Shown here: piece after piece, positions 8,131 through 18,309 of the stretch
Position numbering within the stretch: position 1 is the first letter of the stretch
Layout of the letters: every line of letters begins with the position of its first letter
Sequence record: MT446416.1
Strand: one strand, 5' to 3'
DNA length: 64,000 nt
From: Escherichia virus TH47
Notes under the pieces: model-generated
Databases searched by the model: none
What the model saw: the letters and a program-made list of their open reading frames with translations, nothing else
Told to the model about the DNA's origin: nothing
Position numbers and translations under genes: made by a program

Positions 8131-10278
8131 TTAATAGATATCATCAATTGTACAGTAACTTATAGTACTAAAACCATCTTCTTTAGTTACTTTAAGTATA
8201 TGTTCAGTCTTAGAAACTAGTTCTTCTCTATGAGAGATGATATATACATTTTTATTTCTGATAGCAGCCATGTCATTGAAGATTGACCACACTTTAACAA
8301 CACCACTTGAATCAAGACCAACATCACAAGCTTCATCTAGTGCTATTAGATTGATACTTTGGTATAATGACTCATATGTATCACGGAAAGCACATGATAA
8401 AGCAATGTTTACCCTTGTACGCTCACCACGACTAAGCTGTTTATAGTCAAAGTACTGACCACTTTTCTCAATTTCTACACTCAAATCATTCAAGAACACA
8501 ACATTATGTTCAGAACCACACATATCAATGTAATATTGAAGACGTGTATTCAGATACGAAATGTTTTGTTCAATAATACGCTTACGGACATAAGAATCCT
8601 TGTTTAACAACAATTTAACCAAGAAATCTTGGTGATTTGCCATCTTATCAAGGTTATTATAGTCACTATAGTCGATTGGTACTAATGAATCGGTAGTAAG
8701 TGTATTAATTTGTCCAATAAATGTGTTAGTAGTTTTCAATTCACGATCTAATTGCTGTGATAATGAAGTTACTGTCATTTCTAACTCTTTTACTTCAGAT
8801 TTATTCAATGTATCTGGTACTTCTTGAAGAACATGTGCGTTCAGTTCTTCATATGATGACATAAGTTCATTAGCATAGATGTTAATTTGCTCTTCTTCAC
8901 TCTTTTTAATAAGTTCTTGAAGCTTATGCTCATGCATTTGTGCTTCAGTTAGTGTAGAATAGAATGTCACAGGCTTAGGTGGCATATCAAAAATCTCAAT
9001 ACTATCAATTTCCTGAAGTATTGTTTCAATTTCAGAAGTGGAACTATCAATTTTCGATTGAAGTTCATTAATAGTATTTTGAATTTTATCTTTAATAGAC
9101 GAAGTATGTTCATTATGTTCTAATTCGGACATACAAAGTGGACATTTACTACTCTCCACTGTTGCTAATTTGTCCACCTCAGCACGTAACGAACTCTCAT
9201 GACCATTTAAAGCCACCTTTAATGCGTTAAGTTTTTGTTCTTTGAAACGTTTTTGGTTATTATTCTCTTTTAGAATACCCTCCAATTGTTTCCATATCTC
9301 CAACTCATTGTGATTTTCTAATTCAGTACTGATATCAATAGTTTTTAGCTTATCAATACTTACATTTAATGCTAATTTTGCTGTTGCTAGTTCACGGTCA
9401 TATGCATCATACTTCAAAGCTAACTCTTGCACACGTCTTTCTATTTGATCACGAGCAGCATTATGAATAAGAGCTTTCTCTTTCACTTCTGCCAAATCAT
9501 AGAGATCGTTGAAGTCTAAAGTTTTGTAGATATTCAATTCTTCAGTCAACTTAGATACTCTATTATTTTTATCAATCTCAAATTGGTTAGCTTGTTCTTG
9601 TAATGATTCAATACTTTTTTGAATACGTTCATTACTTGCAGCCACAGTTTCAATTTTGAACTTTTCTTGTTCAGCTAAACGTTTAGAATCTTTATACATA
9701 TCCTTTAATAGTTCAGCTTTCTCTGTTAATTGTGTGATGCCCAGAAGTTCCTCAATCATATCACGTTGTTTCTGTGATGATAATGCAAGAAACGGCTCTA
9801 CGTTAGCATTAAGTACTACAATATGTTCAAATAGTAGTTGAGAAATCCCAAGAATCTCGTTTAGATCTTCTTGTGTATCTTTCTTCTCCCCTCTTGACTC
9901 ATCTTCGACCTTATTATCTTTACCTAATGTAATAAAGTTGAAATACGTGGGACTTCTCCCACGCTCGACGAGATATTGTACACCATCTTTCTCGAACTCA
10001 ACAGATACTTCACAGTTTTTAGCATTAGTTTTATTAACTAAGTTTGGAATTTTGATATCGTTACCAATACTTTTTCCAAACAAACCAAAAACTAAACCTT
10101 GAATGATGGCACTTTTACCAACACCATTACGGCGACCGGAACTATCACCACCTTCAATAACTGCATCATTGTTTTGACCAAGAACTAACGATATATCAGC
10201 ACCAGACAAATCAATTACTTGTGGTGCATTGCCAAATGAAAAGAAGTTCCTCATTGATATACGTGTAATGTTTAGCAC
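8131..10278 (-). CDS. SbcC/Rad50-like recombination ATPase (T4 gp46-like)
   Basis: 715 aa; N-terminal P-loop GRRNGVGKS, long coiled-coil middle, CPLC zinc-hook motif, C-terminal LIALDEACDVGLD Walker B/D-loop; GTG start with AAGGGA RBS; follows SbcD-like gene. Confidence 0.85.
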   Translation of the reverse strand: MLNITRISMRNFFSFGNAPQVIDLSGADISLVLGQNNDAVIEGGDSSGRRNGVGKSAIIQGLVFGLFGKSIGNDIKIPNLVNKTNAKNCEVSVEFEKDGVQYLVERGRSPTYFNFITLGKDNKVEDESRGEKKDTQEDLNEILGISQLLFEHIVVLNANVEPFLALSSQKQRDMIEELLGITQLTEKAELLKDMYKDSKRLAEQEKFKIETVAASNERIQKSIESLQEQANQFEIDKNNRVSKLTEELNIYKTLDFNDLYDLAEVKEKALIHNAARDQIERRVQELALKYDAYDRELATAKLALNVSIDKLKTIDISTELENHNELEIWKQLEGILKENNNQKRFKEQKLNALKVALNGHESSLRAEVDKLATVESSKCPLCMSELEHNEHTSSIKDKIQNTINELQSKIDSSTSEIETILQEIDSIEIFDMPPKPVTFYSTLTEAQMHEHKLQELIKKSEEEQINIYANELMSSYEELNAHVLQEVPDTLNKSEVKELEMTVTSLSQQLDRELKTTNTFIGQINTLTTDSLVPIDYSDYNNLDKMANHQDFLVKLLLNKDSYVRKRIIEQNISYLNTRLQYYIDMCGSEHNVVFLNDLSVEIEKSGQYFDYKQLSRGERTRVNIALSCAFRDTYESLYQSINLIALDEACDVGLDSSGVVKVWSIFNDMAAIRNKNVYIISHREELVSKTEHILKVTKEDGFSTISYCTIDDIY

Positions 10279-10290
10279 AATAAATTTCCC

Positions 10291-11322
10291 TTATAGTGAT
10301 CTGTAAATTTGGATTAGAAGATTTTTATCGAACATAGGTGAATCAATTTCCATGATTTGTTGTAACACAATCTCATCAACTGACTCAGTACTTTCAAAGC
10401 TTTCACCATCTTCAATAAGTTCTTTGATACTTTGCTTGCTAGTAACAACGTTAAACTCACGAATGTTATAAAGTTTAGTAAAAGTATCACGAATAAAACT
10501 AATCTCATCAGTAGTGATAGCAATATCAACTTGAACCTTTGAAATAGTATTGTCTTGAAGATAGTAACTTGGATCTGTTAATAGTTCTGAAAGTGTAAAT
10601 GTTCTATATTTTGGTGCTTCTGACCAAGAATGGAAAGTTGGTTCTTTACCATGTTCTAAAATCATCACACCTCTTGCATCATCCCATGTATCAGAAAAGT
10701 TATGTGGGAAACAGTTACCTGTGTAAATTACACGAGTTCCTTTAGATGTTGTTTTTGCTTGTCTCTTGTGGAAATGTCCACTAAAAACATACTCACAACC
10801 ACCAAAAGAACCTTCAGTCTCTTTACCATGATCTGGCATCTCAACCATTTTATTGAGCAAGTATCCAGGTAACTCTAAGTGACCAAAAACATACTTACTT
10901 TTAAGTTGAGGTAGAACTTTGTATTCATCTTCAATCATAAATGGAATGAAAGTACAATCATCAAATGTTGTGATTTCATTAATGAACTCGATGTTCTCAT
11001 AAACTTGTGCCATATTAATACTAGTAATGTCACGTTTATTTTTATGATACATGTCATGGTTCCCAACTAAGAAGTAAACCTTATCGAAGTTGTCATTTAG
11101 TAATTGTAGAATTTGTAAACCATAGTTTAATGTTTGAATGTTAATATTACTGCGGTTATGGAAGTAATCTCCCATAAACACGCATACAGTAATACCATTT
11201 TTCTTAGCAAGTTCAATCATAAACTTGATGAAGTTCAAACAATCTTCGTTGTGCTGCTTGCTGTTATTCTTTAATCCTAAATGAATATCAGTAAATGTAA
11301 TTGCTTTATCAAATAGAGCCAT
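10291..11322 (-). CDS. SbcD/Mre11-like nuclease (T4 gp47-like)
   Basis: Calcineurin-like phosphoesterase motifs FTDIHLG, FMGDYFHNR, LVGNHD, SGHFH; ORF-track start 11340 is TTG, ATG at 11322 (MALFDK...) used. Confidence 0.8.
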   Translation of the reverse strand: MALFDKAITFTDIHLGLKNNSKQHNEDCLNFIKFMIELAKKNGITVCVFMGDYFHNRSNINIQTLNYGLQILQLLNDNFDKVYFLVGNHDMYHKNKRDITSINMAQVYENIEFINEITTFDDCTFIPFMIEDEYKVLPQLKSKYVFGHLELPGYLLNKMVEMPDHGKETEGSFGGCEYVFSGHFHKRQAKTTSKGTRVIYTGNCFPHNFSDTWDDARGVMILEHGKEPTFHSWSEAPKYRTFTLSELLTDPSYYLQDNTISKVQVDIAITTDEISFIRDTFTKLYNIREFNVVTSKQSIKELIEDGESFESTESVDEIVLQQIMEIDSPMFDKNLLIQIYRSL

Positions 11323-12148
11323 CTTCGTTTTTCCTTTCAATCATGTTCATTTCAATTTCGATTTGACGAGTGTGTGATGGTGTAAAACCATGCATCTCAA
11401 GTAAATCGTCTCGGATGTTACGAACATTTTTCTCACTATTAAGAATCGAACGGAAACTATTGTTAACGAACGAAGTATAGTAAGAGAAAGGATTCAACTG
11501 TACTGCTGGTTTATCTTTTTTGTAAAGAATACTCTCTTTAAAGAGAAGTGCGTTTTTAACTAATTGTATTCTGGCATCACCCATCATTTCATCCAAATAT
11601 GTATAGTTTCTATAGTTGGATTTGTGTGAGATTTCCTCTGCCAGTTTAATGAACATTTTACCTAGTTCATTAGTGATTTTACCATGAACAGTACTGAATT
11701 CTCCGTCTTCAAGATCACCTTTCCAGTGAGAACGAACAACTTCGTACAGAATACCTTCTTCATCTACAATGTAATGTTTGAATGGTTCAAAATTAACTCT
11801 TGTATCTGCTGGGATATGATCATCGGTAATTACACGAATAACCACCTCATCGATAGGTACATCAGTCAGTACTAAATTGTGCTCATCTGCGTATTCCTTC
11901 GCTTTCTTCGCACTCATACCTTCTTTTTCACGAATTGCATCAAGCATTTCATTGTTGAGACGTTTAATACGTGCTGCTTTAGCTTTATCTAAAAGTTCTG
12001 CTGTAATTTCGGATTCATCAAAAACTATATAATCATACATACTGTAGCACTTATCAAGTAACCAGCAATATGAGATTTTACTTTTTTGTATCTCACGAAG
12101 TAAATCAGCATTGTTAAGATACTTTTTACGCTTCGGCCTATTTGTCAT
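11309..12148 (-). CDS. Late-transcription sigma factor, gp55-like, with an inserted/extended N-terminal region
   Basis: ORF-track start 12250 is TTG; ATG 12148 (MTNRPKRKKYLNNADLL) has GGAGAG RBS and resembles T4 gp55 N-terminus; C-terminal ELGKMFIKLAEEISHK...NPFSYYTSFVNNSFRSIL resembles gp55 GLAIMLIAEGLSKR...NPHAYITQACFNAFVQRI (from memory). Confidence 0.6.
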   Translation of the reverse strand: MTNRPKRKKYLNNADLLREIQKSKISYCWLLDKCYSMYDYIVFDESEITAELLDKAKAARIKRLNNEMLDAIREKEGMSAKKAKEYADEHNLVLTDVPIDEVVIRVITDDHIPADTRVNFEPFKHYIVDEEGILYEVVRSHWKGDLEDGEFSTVHGKITNELGKMFIKLAEEISHKSNYRNYTYLDEMMGDARIQLVKNALLFKESILYKKDKPAVQLNPFSYYTSFVNNSFRSILNSEKNVRNIRDDLLEMHGFTPSHTRQIEIEMNMIERKNEDGSI

Positions 12149-12236
12149 TATTTCAACTCTCCATGTTTTAAATCCAATAGGTACATTCCTTGTACCATCA
12201 ATGTTATTATAGCACCAAAAACGTCTTTGTCCCACG

Positions 12237-12244
12237 TATAAATA
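12237..12244 (+). promoter_or_regulatory. Candidate T4-type late promoter (TATAAATA)
   Basis: Exact TATAAATA 36 nt upstream of ATG 12280, first gene of the plus-strand baseplate block. Confidence 0.45.
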
Positions 12245-12279
12245 CATCAAATGTTCCCTTCTTATGGAGAATCAAAAAG

Positions 12280-13011
12280 ATGATTGATCGTAGAATCCGA
12301 TTAAGACCTAAAACCGCAGGTGCTAACTATGTGTATGGTGATTTTGGCAACAGTTCAGAACCAACATTGCTATCGTTTCTGCGTCCAACAAATGGTTTGG
12401 TTTGGACTGTAACCCCAACTGTAACTGAACAAAGGTCTGTTCAATATGAAACACAGTCCCCTATACATACTAACAGTAACTATAACAACTACAAGAATAC
12501 AACAAACACTGTTTTCACTATCCAAGGTGAGTTTTATGCGAACACTGCTGCTGAAGCAATGTATGCATTGGCTTGTGTTCATTTTATTCGTTCCGTGTCC
12601 TTAATGGACTTTGGTCGTCAAGCAGCATCTGCTAATAATCCCGAACTAGCAATTGCAGGTGCACCACCACCAATTTTACTATTAAGTGGGTATGGTCGTT
12701 ATACATATAATGATATTCCTGTTATTTTGAAAGCATATAATTTTACATATCCAAATGATGTGTCTTACATTCAGGTTCCATTGGATAGTAGTGATAGTAC
12801 TTTTAATTTATCTGATATGGATAGTCGTAAATTCTTCGAACAGCTTAGAAGTACTGGATATATGAATCCACAAGATGAGGTATGGGTTCCACAGAAAATA
12901 TCGGTAACGCTTCAACTTGAAGAACAACCAACATCTGATTACATGACTAAAAAGTTCAACCTAAATGCATTTAAGCGTGGTGAACTATTACGTAATGGAG
13001 GATTTATCTAA
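12280..13011 (+). CDS. Baseplate/tail structural protein (hypothetical)
   Basis: ORF-track start 12190 is TTG; first ATG 12280 with GGAGA RBS; first gene of baseplate operon; no firm family assignment. Confidence 0.4.
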   Translation: MIDRRIRLRPKTAGANYVYGDFGNSSEPTLLSFLRPTNGLVWTVTPTVTEQRSVQYETQSPIHTNSNYNNYKNTTNTVFTIQGEFYANTAAEAMYALACVHFIRSVSLMDFGRQAASANNPELAIAGAPPPILLLSGYGRYTYNDIPVILKAYNFTYPNDVSYIQVPLDSSDSTFNLSDMDSRKFFEQLRSTGYMNPQDEVWVPQKISVTLQLEEQPTSDYMTKKFNLNAFKRGELLRNGGFI

Positions 13012-13325
13012 TGTCCAATTATAGTCAATACTCTCCTTATGCAAAGGTTAAACAAACGTGGTATCTTGGTTACAATTTACCACGTGATATGGTTCCTGCT
13101 GATACTGACGACTTCTATGTAATTCCATTGAAGTATGAGCATCAACCTTGGCGTTTAGCATACGAAATGTATGGTAATGAACGTCTGTATTATGTATTTG
13201 CCCTATTGAATCCTGATATATTAGGAGAAGACCCAATATACAATTTTAATAGTGGTATCACAATTCGTGTTCCCTCAAATCAACGAGTGCAAAACTATTT
13301 GAACGGTACTCGTAACATAGGTTAA
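13011..13325 (+). CDS. Small baseplate protein, possibly LysM-like fold (gp53/protein-X-like?)
   Basis: 104 aa; GGAGG RBS; stop/start overlap with upstream gene; position before hub genes; motif DDFYVIPLKYEHQPWRLAYEMYGNERLYYVFALLNP loosely LysM-like. Confidence 0.3.
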   Translation: MSNYSQYSPYAKVKQTWYLGYNLPRDMVPADTDDFYVIPLKYEHQPWRLAYEMYGNERLYYVFALLNPDILGEDPIYNFNSGITIRVPSNQRVQNYLNGTRNIG

Positions 13326-13336
13326 TGGAGTAAAGT

Positions 13337-15592
13337 ATGGCAGATTTACAAAGTTCTGTTGATAATTTTAAAAATGATATTTCAAACATCACAAGTTCTG
13401 CAAAGGCAGCAAAAGAAACTGCAACAAGTACTATTGAAAGCTTAAAAGCCACTGCTAATACTTTGCAAAATGATCTTGAAAAAGTAAAAAACAATTTTAA
13501 AGCTAAGGTTAGTAACGTACAGTCTTTACCAAAGCAAAGTGCAAGCGTTGACCAAGTGTATGAAGACTTGGATCTAAGTGAGTTTGTTATTCCTTATGAC
13601 AATAAATTGTTAAAGTATGACAATCCAACTTGGCACTTTTCCCTTTTCGCATTAGACAAGGATGATTTCAAAAACTTCTGGCTTTACCCAGATGCTGAAG
13701 TTCAACGTCATGTCATCTCTGAAAGTGGTGTAACTGGAAAGTATAATATCACAAGTGTTCAGATGACGCAAGCTGGTCCTTCAACTCCAGGGATGACAAC
13801 CAACTATTGCTTCAACACAGCAGTACTGAACCTTTCAGAAAACAATAGTATGAGTTTATATGATGAACTAATTTCTTTAAGTAATAAACTAAGGTATCAT
13901 AAGTTCATGGACTTACCTTTAATATTAGAATTGAAATTTATTGGATTCAATACTAATGGTGTACCTGAAACTATACCAGAAACAACTCGTAAATGGTCCG
14001 TGAAGATTAACAGTGTTACCGCTAGTGCATCACAAAGTGGTAGTACTATGATGTATTCTATGAGTCTTGTTCATAACCGTACTGCTCTAGTGGATAACGT
14101 TGAATGGACTCTTAAAGAACCATTTAACTGCACAGCAGAAAACTTTGGTGATTTTTGTTTTGATTTGGAAGATAAATTGAATCAAATGGCAGACCAACAA
14201 TATGGTTATTTGCGTTATAAATTTGGTGAGTTAGCAGAAGGGAAGTTCTTTGAATTTAAAGTTGCACCAGATTTACAGGATTTGTTTATAAACTATGATT
14301 CTAAACAGATGGCAGAAGCTGGAGCTACAAAAAGTGGTGCACAGGGTTCTAAAAACTTTTCATGGAATCCAAGTACTCCAATTTCTCGAATTATCGATGA
14401 CGTAATAGATACCTGTACTGTACAGGCTGATGATAGTACTAGTGTTCGTCAATTTGTTAATATAATCCCACTTAAACAGTATGTTGGATTTGATAATTAC
14501 CGAAACACGTCAGTTTATAAAGTTGTTTTCTATATAGTTCGTTTTAAAATTGGTGATATTGTTCATGAATCCGATTTACAGCCAGAAAACTTTACATTTG
14601 AGTATTTCTTTGAAAATGCCGAGAAATATGTAGACCCAAATGACCAAAAACCAAAGATTAACATGAAAACTTACAATTATCAGTTTAGTGGACTCAATAG
14701 TGAGATTCTAGACCTTGATTTGAAGTTTGACCAGCAATTCTTTGTGGCTACAACTCGTAACCCTGGGCCAATACAGGATGTTGCTAACCACGCTGGTACT
14801 CATACCTCCCAAGAATTGAATATACAAGGGGTTCAGTACAACAGTATACCAGATGCATGGGCAAAAACAAGTGATTTACGCGTTACACGTGATCTTGGTG
14901 GTATGTTAACACAGGCTCAGGAACAACTACTCAATCAAGTTGAAACTTTAGCAAAAGAACAAATGCAAGTTGGTAATGCTGAAGAACAGGATCGTTATAA
15001 TAACTATCAAGTAAACGTTCTACCACAGTATATTGAAGATTATCTAACCACATATGAAGAAAATGACGGTGGAACCGATGGAATTGGTCATCGATATGGT
15101 GAAGTATTCACAATGCCAACTGAAGCAACCAATAATGAAACAACATTATCTGCATCATTGAACGATAACAGTAGTACATATGAAATGGACCGCCGTAAAA
15201 TTCGTGACAACTATTACAATCGTCCATTCTTGTGTAAATTGGATATGCGTGTAGTTGGTGACCCATATTGGTTAGGTTGGAGTGATTATCCATATATCCA
15301 ATATCTTGAACAGGTAATTAATGGAGAAGATATGGAAATTAATCCAGAAGATTACCATGTAGCAAACTACATTACATCTGAAGCATATCTTTTATTGAAA
15401 TTACAACCTGTAGTTTCTATAAATGATAACACTGGTGTTCTTGATATTAATACCCCAACTACATTTAACCAAACTGTTTATCGTGTAAACAAAATTGTTC
15501 ATGATTTTGGTGCAGGTGGTTCATTTACACAACAAATTCAGGCTGCAATTGTAATTCGTGCACTCAAACGTCACGATAGTATAATTGAATAA
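13337..15592 (+). CDS. Large baseplate hub-associated structural protein (gp27-like position)
   Basis: 751 aa; GGAG RBS; directly upstream of gp5-like spike gene; N-terminal coiled-coil low-complexity region. Confidence 0.4.
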   Translation: MADLQSSVDNFKNDISNITSSAKAAKETATSTIESLKATANTLQNDLEKVKNNFKAKVSNVQSLPKQSASVDQVYEDLDLSEFVIPYDNKLLKYDNPTWHFSLFALDKDDFKNFWLYPDAEVQRHVISESGVTGKYNITSVQMTQAGPSTPGMTTNYCFNTAVLNLSENNSMSLYDELISLSNKLRYHKFMDLPLILELKFIGFNTNGVPETIPETTRKWSVKINSVTASASQSGSTMMYSMSLVHNRTALVDNVEWTLKEPFNCTAENFGDFCFDLEDKLNQMADQQYGYLRYKFGELAEGKFFEFKVAPDLQDLFINYDSKQMAEAGATKSGAQGSKNFSWNPSTPISRIIDDVIDTCTVQADDSTSVRQFVNIIPLKQYVGFDNYRNTSVYKVVFYIVRFKIGDIVHESDLQPENFTFEYFFENAEKYVDPNDQKPKINMKTYNYQFSGLNSEILDLDLKFDQQFFVATTRNPGPIQDVANHAGTHTSQELNIQGVQYNSIPDAWAKTSDLRVTRDLGGMLTQAQEQLLNQVETLAKEQMQVGNAEEQDRYNNYQVNVLPQYIEDYLTTYEENDGGTDGIGHRYGEVFTMPTEATNNETTLSASLNDNSSTYEMDRRKIRDNYYNRPFLCKLDMRVVGDPYWLGWSDYPYIQYLEQVINGEDMEINPEDYHVANYITSEAYLLLKLQPVVSINDNTGVLDINTPTTFNQTVYRVNKIVHDFGAGGSFTQQIQAAIVIRALKRHDSIIE

Positions 15593-15605
15593 GGAATAAT
15601 TTAAG

Positions 15606-18272
15606 ATGGCAGATACAAGTAAGAAATATGCCCAACAACAGTTGGGTCGTTTTGACCCTTCGTATCCACAACTAGCAACCGTGATGGATAACCGTGACCC
15701 AACTAAATCCGGTAAGCTAAAAGTGTGGATTCAAGGTTCACAAAGTGATAAAAATTCAAAAGAGTCATGGATTGAAGCATCATACATGTCTCCATTCGCT
15801 GGTAAAACTCCAGGGATACCAAGTGCTGATGCTTATGGTCAATATCCAAAGGGATATGGTTTTTGGGCGGTTCCACCTGATGTCGGATGTACTGTTGTTG
15901 TTATATTTGCACAAGCAAGAACATTCCAAGCGTATTGGATTGGTTGTGTTTATGACCAACGTATGAATACGATGGTTCCTGGAATGGCTACTGAAATAAG
16001 CAACTATGCTGGTACTGATATGCCATTACCCGTAACTGATTATGACCGTAATACAATTTCTACCAGTACACAAGACAAATATGCAAACGTTCCAATTATT
16101 GCAGGTCTGAAAAAACAAAACTTACTTTATGATGAGGAAGCGGGTGTTGCTAACCGTAGCAGTACTCGCCAAACTACCAGTACGGTTTATGGTCTTTCAT
16201 CACCTCGTGGTAACAGTTTTATTATTGATGATGGTTACACAGAAGAAGAATTAACAGCACCTACATGGGATCAAGATCCAGATGGTTATCAGGATACACA
16301 ATTCAATAACCCAGTAAACGATACTCGCGTTGGTTCTCGTAAAAATGAAGGCGTTGTAATTAAAACACGTAGTGGTGCACAGTTGTTGTTATCTGAAGCC
16401 TCTGGTGATGTTCTTTTAATTAACCGTGATGGTACTGCACGTATTAAATTCACTGGTGAAGGTGACATTGAAATGCACTGTGATAAGAATATTAACATTC
16501 GTGCAGGACAAGATATTAACATGGTTGCTGGTCGCTCATATAATATTGAAAGTGGAGCAGACTTCAATGCTCGTGTTGGTGCAAACACTAAACTAGATTT
16601 GGTTGGTGCATTGGATGCTAAAGTTGGTGGTCAGGTTGTTATTAACGCTGGGGCAGATTTACGTTTAGTAACAGCAGCTTCATTACGTATGCAAAGTGGT
16701 AGCAGTACTGATATAACTGCTGGTTCTAATGCGTCAATCTCTGCTGCTACCAGTGCTAATCTTATTGGTTCTTCATCAGCTATTATTAGTGGTGGTGGTC
16801 AAACTCTTACTGTTAACAGTGGTGGTAATAGTGGTACTGCTGAATTTAATGCACCAAACTTCCGCACCCCATCTGCTGGCTTGAATGAACATATACATGA
16901 TATATCGGCTTGGGTTGATGCAGAGAATCACGGCAGTACTGTTGAACCTCCACGTCAAGGTGGTGGTAGTGGGAATAGTGAATCCCCAGTTCAACCTGAA
17001 CCTGCTAATGATGTAGCTCCAACTTTAGCTCCAGTACAGGACACTGAAGCAATTCAATATGTAAATTATACAACAGAAACAGAACAAGTTCAAACACAAG
17101 ATTTAATGACTTCTGATCCTGGCATGGCTGGTTATAGCATTACGTATGAAGGTCTTCATATGTTCATGCCGTGTAGTGGAACCATTCGCCAATACGGTTA
17201 TTGGGGGAAAGGTGTCCCGACTAGTGGTGGTGGTAAAGCTGATAGAAGTGGCTGGGAAATACAGTGCAAGGGTGATGTTGTAGCTCCAGATGGTGGTGTA
17301 GTTGTTATCACGAATGGTGCTTTATTGGTTCAACATAAGTCTGGATATAAATCTGTATTTTATAATATTCAATCAGATTTGCTCAATAAAGACGTTGTTC
17401 AAAAAGGACAAGTACTGGGGAAAGCTAATGGTGTTATTCAATTTGAAATAAGAGTTACCTCTGCCAACGTACTGGGATTTAGTGGTTCAGTTGACCCTGG
17501 ATTATTCTATGCATCGCAGACTGGTACAGGTTCTGAAGCGGGAAATAAAACATTAATTGCAGGACAAGCAACGAACCAAGCAGCACCGAAAGCTGTTGTT
17601 CAACCTTCTGTTGATAGTGATGAATTAGTTGTCTCCACTAAAATTAAAACCATCGGTACTGGATATTCACAACGTGGTTCTAGGCATGTCCCTCGTCGTA
17701 GAAGAACACAACGTTCAGGTGGTAGTACCGCAGCACCAACTGCACAAGAATCATACAATGTTGGTAATGTTGACAAGACGGCAATTGACTGGAAAGTTGT
17801 TCCTGGTGATTCACAATTTATTTCCGAATTGAAAGAATATGAAGGGACAATGGCGTATCAACAAGCTAAAGGATATTACCGAAATGGTAAATTCTGGAGA
17901 TATTTAGACAGTCGTGGGTTCCCAACCATTGGTTACGGACACTTGATTGTTGGTGGAGAAAACTTCTCTGGTGGTATTACCGAACAGGAAGCCAATGATA
18001 TGTTAGTTCGTGATAGTAGTAAAGCTATATATGATGCCAAATCAATCTACGCTTCTTATAAGATGAAAACACCTTACATGGCACAACAAGTCCTATGTCA
18101 AATGGTCTTCCAGATGGGTAAAGGTGGAGTAATGAAATTCAAGTCAATGCTATCTGAAATGGCGAAAGGAAACTATAAGCAAGCTGCTGCTCAAATCCGA
18201 AATTCTGCTTGGTATCGCCAAACAACTCGTCGTGCTGAATTAATGGCACGAAGATTAGAGGCATGTCAATAA
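15606..18272 (+). CDS. Baseplate central spike protein, gp5-like, with C-terminal T4-lysozyme-type (GH24) domain
   Basis: 888 aa; middle Gly/Ser/Ala-rich beta-repeat region; C-terminal EYEGTMAYQ...TIGYGH...MVFQMGKGG matches T4 lysozyme catalytic region (E, D, T positions present). Confidence 0.8.
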   Translation: MADTSKKYAQQQLGRFDPSYPQLATVMDNRDPTKSGKLKVWIQGSQSDKNSKESWIEASYMSPFAGKTPGIPSADAYGQYPKGYGFWAVPPDVGCTVVVIFAQARTFQAYWIGCVYDQRMNTMVPGMATEISNYAGTDMPLPVTDYDRNTISTSTQDKYANVPIIAGLKKQNLLYDEEAGVANRSSTRQTTSTVYGLSSPRGNSFIIDDGYTEEELTAPTWDQDPDGYQDTQFNNPVNDTRVGSRKNEGVVIKTRSGAQLLLSEASGDVLLINRDGTARIKFTGEGDIEMHCDKNINIRAGQDINMVAGRSYNIESGADFNARVGANTKLDLVGALDAKVGGQVVINAGADLRLVTAASLRMQSGSSTDITAGSNASISAATSANLIGSSSAIISGGGQTLTVNSGGNSGTAEFNAPNFRTPSAGLNEHIHDISAWVDAENHGSTVEPPRQGGGSGNSESPVQPEPANDVAPTLAPVQDTEAIQYVNYTTETEQVQTQDLMTSDPGMAGYSITYEGLHMFMPCSGTIRQYGYWGKGVPTSGGGKADRSGWEIQCKGDVVAPDGGVVVITNGALLVQHKSGYKSVFYNIQSDLLNKDVVQKGQVLGKANGVIQFEIRVTSANVLGFSGSVDPGLFYASQTGTGSEAGNKTLIAGQATNQAAPKAVVQPSVDSDELVVSTKIKTIGTGYSQRGSRHVPRRRRTQRSGGSTAAPTAQESYNVGNVDKTAIDWKVVPGDSQFISELKEYEGTMAYQQAKGYYRNGKFWRYLDSRGFPTIGYGHLIVGGENFSGGITEQEANDMLVRDSSKAIYDAKSIYASYKMKTPYMAQQVLCQMVFQMGKGGVMKFKSMLSEMAKGNYKQAAAQIRNSAWYRQTTRRAELMARRLEACQ

Positions 18273-18284
18273 ATATTTCAGTAC

Positions 18285-18292
18285 TATAAATA
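18285..18292 (+). promoter_or_regulatory. Candidate T4-type late promoter (TATAAATA) for lysozyme gene
   Basis: Exact TATAAATA 18 nt upstream of ATG 18310; second AATAAATA at 18268..18275. Confidence 0.4.
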
Positions 18293-18309
18293 ATAATGAG
18301 GAAATCTTT

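Noticed and set aside
16776-17260. M23-peptidase-like domain in the middle of the gp5-like protein
   Set aside because: Region has a peptidase-M23-like hydrophobic pattern but lacks the HxxxD and HxH zinc-binding motifs on inspection; not called.
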